From Camelus dromedarius (lineage: Eukaryota): a stretch of 64,000 nt of DNA. The notes under the pieces were generated by a model that was not told the DNA's origin, ran no database searches, and saw only the letters and a program-made list of their open reading frames with translations. Where the stretch lies: assembly GCF_036321535.1 (NCBI RefSeq), contig NC_087444.1:32056001-32120000 (forward strand). Direction: 5' to 3'. Below, in pieces: positions 54,639 to 64,000 of this stretch (positions are counted from its first letter, which is position 1; each line of letters starts with the position of its first letter). The position numbers and the translations under genes were made by a program.

Positions 54639-54770
54639 GGGAGGGTGTAGCTCAGTGGTAGAGTGCATGCTTAGCATGCACGAGGTCCTGGGCTCAATCT
54701 TCAGTACCTCCGTTAATTAGTAAACCAATTACCACTCCTCTCCCTGCCCCCCAAAAAACACTTGATGAAA
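54639..54770 (+). mobile_element. tRNA-Ala-derived camelid-type SINE (Vic-1-like)
   Basis: gggagggtgtagctcagtggtagagtgcatgcttagcatgcacgaggtcctgggctcaatc with A/B boxes and SINE tail. Confidence 0.88.
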
Positions 54771-55115
54771 TAAAACTATGAAATGCTTCTTCGACGTAAG
54801 TCTTGACTCCCTTTATTAGTTAAAAAAAAAAAAACCCAAGACTGTTTACAGAAGAGGATCTTAATATTTGAGGTGCCCTTTGCTTATTTACTTTTACCAT
54901 TATCCACTTTTACAAAAAGAGGAAAGCGTGATCCTCTCTAGAGCTTGTTCTAAGGTTCAGTTTAACTAGTAGCCCACTACCTATTTATAATTCACTCCTC
55001 AGGTTTTCCCTGTCACAAGAAAGTTATTCTTCACTCCTAGAATTGGGTTTCTCTGGTTAGGTTTTTTCCCAAATGGTCACTTACCATGTTTTATTCTTGT
55101 CTCTTTCCCCTTTAG

Positions 55116-55259
55116 GACTGTTTGCAACCTCTAAGCATGCAGGCTCTTCCAGCCCAGCCTGAGTCCTTGTGTATTGTGGAAATGGGTGGGACTGAGAAGC
55201 AGGATGAGCTGGGTGAGAGGGGCTCTATTGGCTTCTTATACCTGAATATTGGGCTACAG
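55116..55259 (+). CDS. SF3B3: SF3B3 exon 15
   Basis: DCLQPLSMQALPAQPESLCIVEMGGTEKQDELGERGSIGFLYLNIGLQ; 144 nt. Confidence 0.97.
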
Positions 55260-55560
55260 GTAAGAGATCCAGAAGCTCACATTGTTGGTATCAGGACTTC
55301 TTTTATTTTCTTAATTCCTTTGTTCAGTACAGGCATTTTTGGTGCCCAAGGTTTCAGTTACCCACCTAATGAAAAGTGAATGGTGCTGCTCTCTGTTCCT
55401 CTTTTTTCAAGTCTAATTAGATGAAATCAGGGCTGGAAAAGAGTATTTTTATAAGCAGTCTTTGGTAAAATTGCTTTGTGATAACTGTTCCGGGGCAAAA
55501 ACTAGATGGGGTCCTTAAGAGTCGTCTATAGTTCTCAATATGCAGCTTTTGAAACTAATA

Positions 55561-55820
55561 TAGTCTGTCTGTTTCCTTGAGGGATTGGTTCCAGGACCCC
55601 CCTTGGATACCAAAATCCGAGGATGCTCAAGTCCATTATATACAATGGCATAGTATTTGCATTTTCTTCTGTACATTAACTCTTAAAAGTAATTGCTGTG
55701 CATGTGTGGCAAATCCAAGTTTTGCTTTTTGGAATTTTCTGGAGTTTTTTTTCCTCGAATATTTTTGATCCATGGTTGGTTAAATCCACAGATTCAGAAC
55801 CCACAGATATAGAGGGCCTC
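55561..55820. mobile_element. MER2 DNA transposon (approximate bounds)
   Basis: gggattggttccaggacccc...ggataccaaaatcc.aggatgctcaagtcc...cccacagatatagagggcc. Confidence 0.75.
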
Positions 55821-57892
55821 ACAGTTCATAATGGGCTCCGTTAGCAGTAAAGGACCCATAGGTGTTCCCTGTTGTCAAAGCAGCTGAGCTCTTCATGTCA
55901 TGAAAAGCGGAACCTAAGGATCAGAGAGTGTCAGATTTTTGACCATATACTTTTCATTTTTCTTTATGGTTATTTACTCAGACATGTAAATAATCTAGCC
56001 CAGGTACTTTTTAATTTTACTTCTTAATTTAGAAATTCTCAAACATGCACAGGAGTTAGACTAATGTAATGAATCTCCATGTACCTGTCACCGGTTATCA
56101 GTGTTGCTATTTTCCTCCTCTTTTCTTTTTCCTAAAGTATTTTAAGGCAAATCTAATATGGTATATAATTTCATCTATAAATATTTAAGAATGTGACTCT
56201 AACAGATGTGTGTGTGTTTTTAAGGCCCTAATGTTATCATGCTTAACAAAATTTTAACAGTTGCTTAATATCATCTGATAGCTTCTGTGTTACAGTTTTC
56301 CTCCTTTTTTTCTTTTTCCAAAAATGTTTTTACTTTTGGCTCTACTCAGGATCTACATAAAGCTATCCCTAGTTTTTATCTGCTTGACTTATCTTTTTAT
56401 GTTTCTTTTAATAACTGTCCCAACCTTTAAAAAAAAATTTTTTTTTAAGGAAATCAGATCATTTTTCTTGTGGAATTTCCCATCTTCTGGATTTGGCAGT
56501 CATTCCTTGTGTGATTAATGTTCCTTTATTCTCTGTATTTCCTACAAACTAGTGGATAGACCTAAACCATGCTACCCATTAAAAATAGAATGCAAGCTGC
56601 ATGTGTAATTTAAATTTTTCAATAGCCACAAAAAAGGAACAGATGAAGTTAATTTTAATGTTCTATTTAACCTAGTATATCTAAAATACCATTTCAGTTA
56701 GTAATCAGTATACAAATTAAGGTATTTTATGTTTTCTCCCTTTTTGTTTAAGTATGGGGAGAACTAAGTCTTTGAAATTTGGTATTTTGTACTTTGAACT
56801 TAACAGCACATTTCAATTCTGACTAGCCACGTGTGGCTTGATGGCTGTAGTATTGGATCGCACAGACCAAGACTTTGGTTAGATTCAGATTTAGATATTT
56901 TGGGGGGAGGAGGTGAGGGACAAGAATATTTTATATAGATGCCATTTGCTTCCTATTACATCACATCAGGTGGCATATGAAGTCTGGTTGTCCTACTTTT
57001 AGTGATGTTTGAATGTTTGTATCTATTTTAAATGATCTCTTTTAAAGCTTCTTTTACTTAACAACAGCCATTGATACACATTGCCTAGATGCATTATGTC
57101 ATTGGGGGATGGGAAATGATGATTTTCTAGTTCATTCTTCCTTTAATTAGCTGAAACTTTTCTCTAGAGACAAAATTTTCTTCATATCTTTGCTTACCCT
57201 GAAATACAGTTAATACAGGGAAAGGTAAATTTCTTTTTTTTTTCCCTTTGTTTACTTACTTTCCGAGTAAGGACTTGATGCCATAGCAGTCTTCAATGAG
57301 GACTGAGGAAGTGGTTTTTTTGGTTTGTTTGTTTGTTTTTTAACTAACATGAACTTGCAGATTTTTATATATTTGTGCTTCCAACTATTGCAGTCTTTGT
57401 TTTGGATGTTTAATTGCCACATTTTAGATGAGTGGGAGTTCCCCTTTGAAGTTGGCTCCTTTGTCCTTTTTAACATGATCCCACTATCTTTGGGGGCTTT
57501 GACACAACAAAATGGCCCACACATATCTGGAACATTATTACCCCAGACCTGAATTAGCTATTTCTCTTAGGATTCTTATTCTTTTTAAGGGAAATGGTAT
57601 GTGGACACCACAGTGGGTATGGATATTTTAAACTGCATATGTCTTAAAACTTATAAACAAGAGTTTAACATACATGGTAAAAAAATTTTTTTAAGTATAT
57701 ACAGTGAAAAATAAGTGTACTTTTCATACAGTAAATGCTTAACAACTATTTGATTTAGTGAGAGAATGAATGAATTATTAGCATATTCTTTAAACCATCT
57801 GCTCATTTCTTTCCATCTGCTCTGAAATAAAGTAGCTAAAGGAGTTTCCATTATGTATATAGGCTTTACCCATTCCTCTCCTTTTTTATCAG

Positions 57893-58015
57893 AATGGTGT
57901 GCTGCTGAGAACTGTCCTGGACCCTGTCACTGGGGATCTATCTGACACCCGTACTAGGTATCTGGGATCCCGTCCTGTGAAACTCTTTCGTGTCCGGATG
58001 CAAGGCCAGGAGGCC
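57893..58015 (+). CDS. SF3B3: SF3B3 exon 16
   Basis: [41 protein letters not shown]; 123 nt. Confidence 0.97.
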
Positions 58016-58694
58016 GTAAGTAATGAAAGGGCTCAGGCATTATGTTTTGATGTTAGTGGCATCAGCTGAGAAAAGTCCCCTTGGTGTGAGATTTGCTCTG
58101 ATTAATTCACCAGTATTATAGTTGGTCAGACATTAGCTCTATTTTGATTAGTTTCCCTCATGTGGGAAGTCTTTGGTTCCTTAATGCAGAGCTTAACTGG
58201 AGTTTCATGGCACTGTGCCATGATTTGGTAATGGGTGAATCAGAATATTGATGCCTTCTGTCCTCAGGCTGAGCAAATGGAATGGACTGAAAGCTGAAAA
58301 CCTCCCATGTAGGATACCATTACCCATGAGCAACCTGGTGTCAATATCATGGCTTACTGTGTAATATGAAAGAGGCTGGGAAGTGTTGTGTCCTTTGTAA
58401 CTAAGAATATTAGTGGTGGTGTGTGCTCTGCTGGCCTTATGATAGTATTCCCATTTTACACTTGTGGAAACTGAGGCTCAGATTGAGTAGATCACCTGGC
58501 TGGTAGCCAATAGCTTAGCAAATACTAAGCCATAGTGCCTCTTCTCTAGGCATCTTTTTCTTAAGGTTTTTTTTTTAGGTTTCTAAAATTCCTTGGGATA
58601 TTGTACAGACTAAAATTTGGGGTTAGGGTAGTTTGGTTAGCATACTGTGTTTGAGCTTTTCCCAAGTTTATTGGAGATGCTTTTATTTCCTCAG

Positions 58695-58849
58695 GTGTTG
58701 GCCATGTCAAGCCGCTCGTGGTTGAGCTATTCTTACCAATCTCGTTTCCATCTCACCCCCTTGTCTTATGAGACCCTGGAATTTGCATCTGGCTTCGCCT
58801 CAGAACAGTGCCCTGAGGGCATTGTGGCCATCTCCACCAATACCCTGAG
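58695..58849 (+). CDS. SF3B3: SF3B3 exon 17
   Basis: VLAMSSRSWLSYSYQSRFHLTPLSYETLEFASGFASEQCPEGIVAISTNTL(R); 155 nt. Confidence 0.97.
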
Positions 58850-60174
58850 GTGAGAGAGTCCCAAAGTTGAAGCCCAAGGAGAGACTGGCAAAGAGCCAAC
58901 TTTTCACTGTGTGGCTAGTGTGTTGCAATTGAAACCTTCATTTGGCTCAGGATATAAGTACCTGGTAGCCAAGTTTTGGTGTTCGGGAGTTTTAGCTTCT
59001 GTTTAGACTTTCAGGGCCAAGTTATAATACTCAGCAGAGTAGTTCAGTTTGTGAAATTTAAAATTCTTGTTTTCCAGATACATGTCATTGGGTTAGTTTT
59101 AGAGCAGGCATTGAATCGGTGTTTTGTGGGGTTTTTTTTTGTTTTTTTTTGTTTTTTTTTTGTGGTAATGTCTCAGAACTTTTAATATGCTAGTGTCACT
59201 GTGAACCTCCAAGGTTTAGAATCTTCTGGGCAGGATTTTTCTTTTTTTTACTGAAGTATAGTTGATTTATAATGTTTCAGGTATACAGCAAAGTGATTCA
59301 GTTATACATACATACTCTTTTTCAGATTCTTTCCCATTATAGATTATTATAAGAAATTGAATATAGTTCCCTCTACTGGGTCCTTGTTGTTTATCTGTTT
59401 TATATGCAGTAGTGTGTATCTGTTAATCCAAGATTGATCCCTCTGCTCCCTCCCCCCGTCACTGGTAATCTTTTCTCACTCTGTCTTGTCATTTTCATTG
59501 TTAAATCTTAAATTTTAACCTCAGTATAATTATTTAGGCCTTTGCAGGTTGACAGATTATTTATAGTGATCATGATAGAGTGAGCACTATATATATTGCA
59601 AGATAGAAAATAACATATTTAGTGTGACTTCTCAAGGTTTTTTTGCGGGGGTGGGTTTTAATGCCACTGGTGTCATTCATGTCCTAGTTATAACTTTTGA
59701 CAGTTCCCAGTGGAACTCTTGCCTCTTGATACATGAATCACTATCACTTGTCAAGTCCCAGATTTGTCTGCAGCAGCTTTCAGGAACTCTTCAGTCATTG
59801 TTATCTCTCTTTCTAAGTTTCAGGCACCTTTGTATACCTTCTAGTCCAGCAGAATTGCTCTCCGCATGCCTTCATACATTCTTTCTTGGTTTTTTTATCT
59901 ATGCACCTGCCCCTGGAATGTTTCCCATACACATCTTTGTCTGCCAAGGTGTAGCCTCATCCATGGGCCCTCTAATTGTTTTATCTATGCGTGCTCATCT
60001 CCTAGGTTCCTATAAATTTAAACAATTCCACAGACTTTCAAGCTTTTTTTAGCAGCAGCAGATTTTTCCCACAGAACAAAGTTGTGGAAGGCCTCTGTGT
60101 GAAACAAAAAAGCAGAGTTCTTGGAAGCATAGTTTAAACACTACTGTTTATAGTACTTACTGTCAGAACCAGTC

Positions 60175-60825
60175 AGTTCCACTTTTGACTATTATGAGTA
60201 ATGTTGCTATGAACATTTATGTGCAAGTTTTTTTTTAAACACCTTTATTGTGGTATGATTCCTACAGAAAACTACATATTTCAGATGTACAATTTGATGA
60301 ATTTTGATAGATGTATGTACAAGTTTTTATGTGGGTGTATATTTTCATTTTTCTTGGGCTTATTTCTGCAAGAGTGAAATTGCTGGTAACTGTTCAATTT
60401 TTTGAGGAACTGCTAGGCTGCTTTCCAAAGTGGCTGCACCATTTTACATTTTCACCAGTGCGGTATGGAGGTTCCAATTTCTGGACATCCTTACCAACAC
60501 TTATTATTATATGACTTTTTGATTCTAGCCATCCATCCTAGAGAATGTGAAGTGATATCTTGTGGTTTTGATTTGCATGTCTTTGGTAGTCAGTGATATT
60601 GAACCATCTTCATGTGCTTACTGGCTATTAGTTCTTTGGAGTAATGTCCTTTTAGATCTTTGCCCATTTTTGTAATTTGGTTATTGTCTTTATATTATTG
60701 AATTGTCAGAGTTTTTTATATGTGCTAGATACAGCTGTCTTGTCAGATAATATGATTTGCAGATATTTTCTCCTGTGGATTATCTTCACTTTCTTAGTAG
60801 TATCCTTTGACACACAAAAAGCTAA
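60175..60825 (-). mobile_element. Antisense L1 fragment (approximate bounds)
   Basis: tttttgaggaactgc...tttccaaagtggctgcaccattttacatt...gtggttttgatttgcat. Confidence 0.8.
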
Positions 60826-61162
60826 TTATTTTTTAAATAATTATATTTTAAAAATTCCATCTGAGAACTGCCTGAAGTCAGCTTGGGTATCACCAGTGCT
60901 ATATGCCCCACTTTGACAAACTCTGGCTAACCTCATATTTTCCAAGGAAGAATACAACATTGAAGCATCTGTGTCCCCTCCCATATTGTGTTTCTCACTG
61001 AAAGCAGGTCCTCCCTTTGTCTGGAATCTGCCTGTTGGCGTGGTACTGTTCCTTTATGAAAACAGGTAACTGTGTGGGTGGGACCAGAAGAATCAAAGCT
61101 ATAGGATCTGTGGTCGTGGTTTTTGTTTATGCCATACTTACATTTTTCTTGCAGAATGACAA

Positions 61163-61337
61163 TTTTTTAAAAACTCTTCTTTTTTCTTTCTTTCTTTCTT
61201 TCTTGTATGTGTGCGTGTGTGTGTGTGTAGGGGAAAGTGATTAGATTTATTTATTTTTTTGAGGAGGTACTGGGGATTGAACCCGGGACCCTGTGCATGC
61301 TGAGCATGCACTCTACCACTTGAACTAAATCCTCCCC
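61163..61337 (-). mobile_element. tRNA-Ala-derived camelid-type SINE (Vic-1-like)
   Basis: ggaggtactggggattgaacccgggacc...catgcactctaccacttgaacta; TSD agaatgacaa at 61153-61162 and 61340-61349. Confidence 0.88.
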
Positions 61338-61996
61338 GTAGAATGACAAGTTTTGATGTTTAAATGGTTGATTTCTTTACTCTCACATGCGTTAAGTACT
61401 ATATTTTTAAGAGCATCTGAATTCTGCTCGTTTTGTACATAATTTGGCTTAGGCACATCTCTGTCCTTTTTGACAAGGTTGTACGTTTCATACTTGCTGC
61501 CTCTTTCTACACTGTTGCGGATTTCCTAAAGCTTAGGTAATTTTCGTTCAGAATGGCATCCACTGTATTATGGAACACTGTCACACAAATACTGTATGTC
61601 GGTAATTGCAGTGCTTCACAACAAATTTGAAATTGGTATTCTTTATATCACAGTTTGCCAGTAATAATCAGGAGGAAATTTTAACTTCCACTATCATATT
61701 ATCATTGGAGGGATTCAAAAAAATTCCTTTGGGGATTCTAATGTAGATTTCACTGGTGAAAACTGGAATCACCATGAACCAGTGGTGGCCTGTTGTGAAG
61801 TAAAGGGCCTTTCCCAGATCTCTATGTCTCTTGCGCAGAATCTTTTAGATTAGAAGGCTAATGTTTCATGTTACCTAATTCTACCATTAGAGCTTTAGGG
61901 GTTGATGTGTTTTCTGTGATAGCTTATTGACCATTTCAACACCAGTTTCTTGGTCCTGAGTGAGTGACCTATTAACTACATTGACTTTTGCCGTAG

Positions 61997-62171
61997 GATT
62001 TTGGCGTTGGAGAAGCTCGGTGCTGTCTTCAATCAAGTAGCTTTTCCACTGCAGTACACGCCCAGGAAATTTGTCATACACCCTGAAAGTAACAACCTTA
62101 TCATCATTGAGACTGACCACAATGCCTACACTGAGGCCACAAAAGCGCAGAGGAAGCAGCAGATGGCAGAG
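61997..62171 (+). CDS. SF3B3: SF3B3 exon 18
   Basis: ILALEKLGAVFNQVAFPLQYTPRKFVIHPES...RKQQMAE; 175 nt. Confidence 0.97.
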
Positions 62172-62906
62172 GTAATGCAGCTGAGCTTCAGGGTTCAATA
62201 ACAAGGCATTTGTGTGAAATTCTATTGAAAAGTTTAAACTGCTATGTAATTGTTGGTTATTGTCTTTGTGATATTTAAGATCCAGATCCTTCAAGTGGAG
62301 CCCTCTGCCATGGTCATTGGTATTAGAGACTTATGGCTCAGGACTAAAGCACTGACCTGGGTTTATTCAGTATTCAGCTCCCTCTCTGGACTCCCTTCAG
62401 TCCTTGAACTTCTAAAACATTCTGTGTTATATGTTCCTTGGATTCGGGCCCAAGAGAGCTTTCGTATTCCCCGCAACACCAGCTTCTTCCAGAAATCATT
62501 TCCCTGCAAAAAGCAAACAGTCCCAACCATGTAAAACTATCTGGCCTAAAAGAGAAAGGAAAAGTAGTCTTAGCAAGGGAAATCAGATGACTAGGTAGAA
62601 AAATGGTGTTTTCATCTTCATGTTTCTCAGACCTCTAGTCAAGTATTCACCACAGTCGATGTCAGTTCTTTTTGGCATTGATATTTAAAAATAAGTACCT
62701 AGTTTCTCTTTCAGTGATCTTTCCCCTTCCCCTTGTCTGTACACCTCTTTCGTTAATCTTCATTTTGGGAAATCCTGATTTTGGTGACAGATTTTGCTAC
62801 TTTGTATATTATGAGAACCCCCTGGAGGTGTTTTTGCCGCTTGTCCACTTCTCACCCGGTACCCACCTCTGAACACACCAATTCCTCCTTGGTTCTTCGG
62901 ATTTAG

Positions 62907-63112
62907 GAAATGGTGGAAGCAGCAGGGGAGGATGAACGGGAGTTAGCTGCGGAGATGGCAGCAGCGTTCCTCAATGAAAACCTCCCTGAGTCCATTTTTG
63001 GAGCTCCTAAGGCTGGCAATGGGCAGTGGGCCTCTGTGATCCGAGTGATGAATCCTATTCAGGGGAACACACTGGACCTTGTCCAGCTGGAACAGAATGA
63101 AGCTGCTTTTAG
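62907..63112 (+). CDS. SF3B3: SF3B3 exon 19
   Basis: EMVEAAGEDERELAAEMAAAFLNENLPESIFGAPKAG...EQNEAAF(S); 206 nt. Confidence 0.97.
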
Positions 63113-63210
63113 GTAAGGAGCCCAGGGCATCAGGGTTTTTGGAGACTGGAATGGGAATTATCTAGGCTATGACTAATGCCTGACTCCTGATTCTTTCTCT
63201 GTAAATGCAG

Positions 63211-63367
63211 TGTGGCTGTGTGCAGATTCTCCAACACTGGTGATGATTGGTATGTGCTGGTGGGTGTGGCCAAAGACCTGATACTGAACCCCCGATCTGT
63301 AGCAGGAGGCTTTGTCTATACCTACAAGCTTGTGAACAATGGGGAAAAACTGGAGTTTTTGCATAAG
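63211..63367 (+). CDS. SF3B3: SF3B3 exon 20
   Basis: VAVCRFSNTGDDWYVLVGVAKDLILNPRSVAGGFVYTYKLVNNGEKLEFLHK|GTAGGA; 157 nt. Confidence 0.97.
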
Positions 63368-63699
63368 GTAGGAACTAACCAGTGGTTTCCCTGAATCATG
63401 GGTCTTACTAGACTTTTCCACTTTTGCATGAGTTGTGGGTCGGATATTTTGGTGACCATTTAGAGAGCCAGCTCATTGGTTTCTGATCCATCTCTTGATG
63501 GCACAAGAGAAATAATTAGGGCTTGCATGCTCCAGTGAAGCTCTGCTGCCTACTGGTGCCACAAGAAACGTGTGTGCTAACCACCCTCCATGGGGAGATA
63601 CACACTGAATAAGCCCCTTGTTTTCTGGTCTTAACTAAGTAGGCAGCAATTTGTGACCAAAATCCAGCAGTTCTAAAGAATTAATATTCTCAGGGTGGA

Positions 63700-63890
63700 G
63701 GTAATGGGGGTGGATTACTGTTTATTTGGTTACATAGTTCCCTTTTGGAAAGGTCATAAAGTTCTGAAGGTGAATGGTGGTGATAGTTGCACAACATTAT
63801 AAGTATGCTTAATGTTACTGAATTGTATACTTGAAAATGGTTTGAATAGTAAGTTTTATGTTATGCATATTTTACCATAATTTTTAAAAT
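63700..63890 (+). mobile_element. Old L1M 3' end (approximate bounds)
   Basis: atggtggtgatagttgcacaacatt...tgaattgtatactt.aaaatgg...ttttatgttatgcatattttaccataat. Confidence 0.7.
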
Positions 63891-64000
63891 GAAAAAATTC
63901 CTGTACACTGATAGCACATGAATATGGTTTCTCTAGGCCTCCCACAAAGGGAGTGTTCTCTAGGAAATAATTGCTTCACAACCTTTTTTGTGCTAAACTC

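Larger units (their letters stand above)
25297..63367 (+). other. SF3B3: SF3B3 (splicing factor 3b subunit 3, SAP130) gene span, 3'-incomplete; codons 1-942
   Basis: 19 coding exons with GT-AG introns join in frame to 2826 nt, MFLYNLTLQRATG...GEKLEFLHK; no stop is reached. Confidence 0.98.

Noticed and set aside
54153..54677. 174-aa minus-strand ORF
   Set aside because: Antisense shadow of SF3B3 exon 14 starting inside a SINE; no independent coding evidence.
54639..54712. tRNA-Ala(AGC)-like sequence with A and B boxes
   Set aside because: It is the head of a SINE with five similar copies in the window, a SINE tail and a degenerate B box; not a tRNA gene.

Overview
Mammalian genomic DNA, most likely a camelid (inferred from several copies of a tRNA-Ala-derived Vic-1-like SINE). 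The window holds the complete COG4 gene on the minus strand (19 coding exons, 1442-24072, 2370 nt, 789 aa). It is head-to-head across a ~300 bp bidirectional promoter with the 5' part of SF3B3 on the plus strand (non-coding exon 1 plus coding exons 2-20, codons 1-942; the gene continues past the window). SF3B3 introns 3 and 6 host two box C/D snoRNAs (SNORD111B- and SNORD111-like). The first ~700 nt are probably the last codons and 3'UTR of FCSK/FUK. Points worth follow-up: (1) a candidate poison exon with two alternative acceptors, and a candidate alternative last exon, in SF3B3 intron 11; (2) an HIBADH retrocopy that keeps the 5' end, stops at what I recall as the exon 2 boundary and has an open 81-codon frame; (3) an L1 insertion with an apparent 3' transduction and a 60-bp target-site duplication; (4) a SNORD111 copy with a 1-nt D'-box register shift; (5) a GC-AG intron in COG4; (6) a mirror-symmetric ETS-YY1 promoter; (7) a closely spaced inverted SINE pair. 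No prokaryote-type system (CRISPR, operon) is present. Gene and repeat-family names come from recognising the sequence, not from database searches, and repeat boundaries are approximate.
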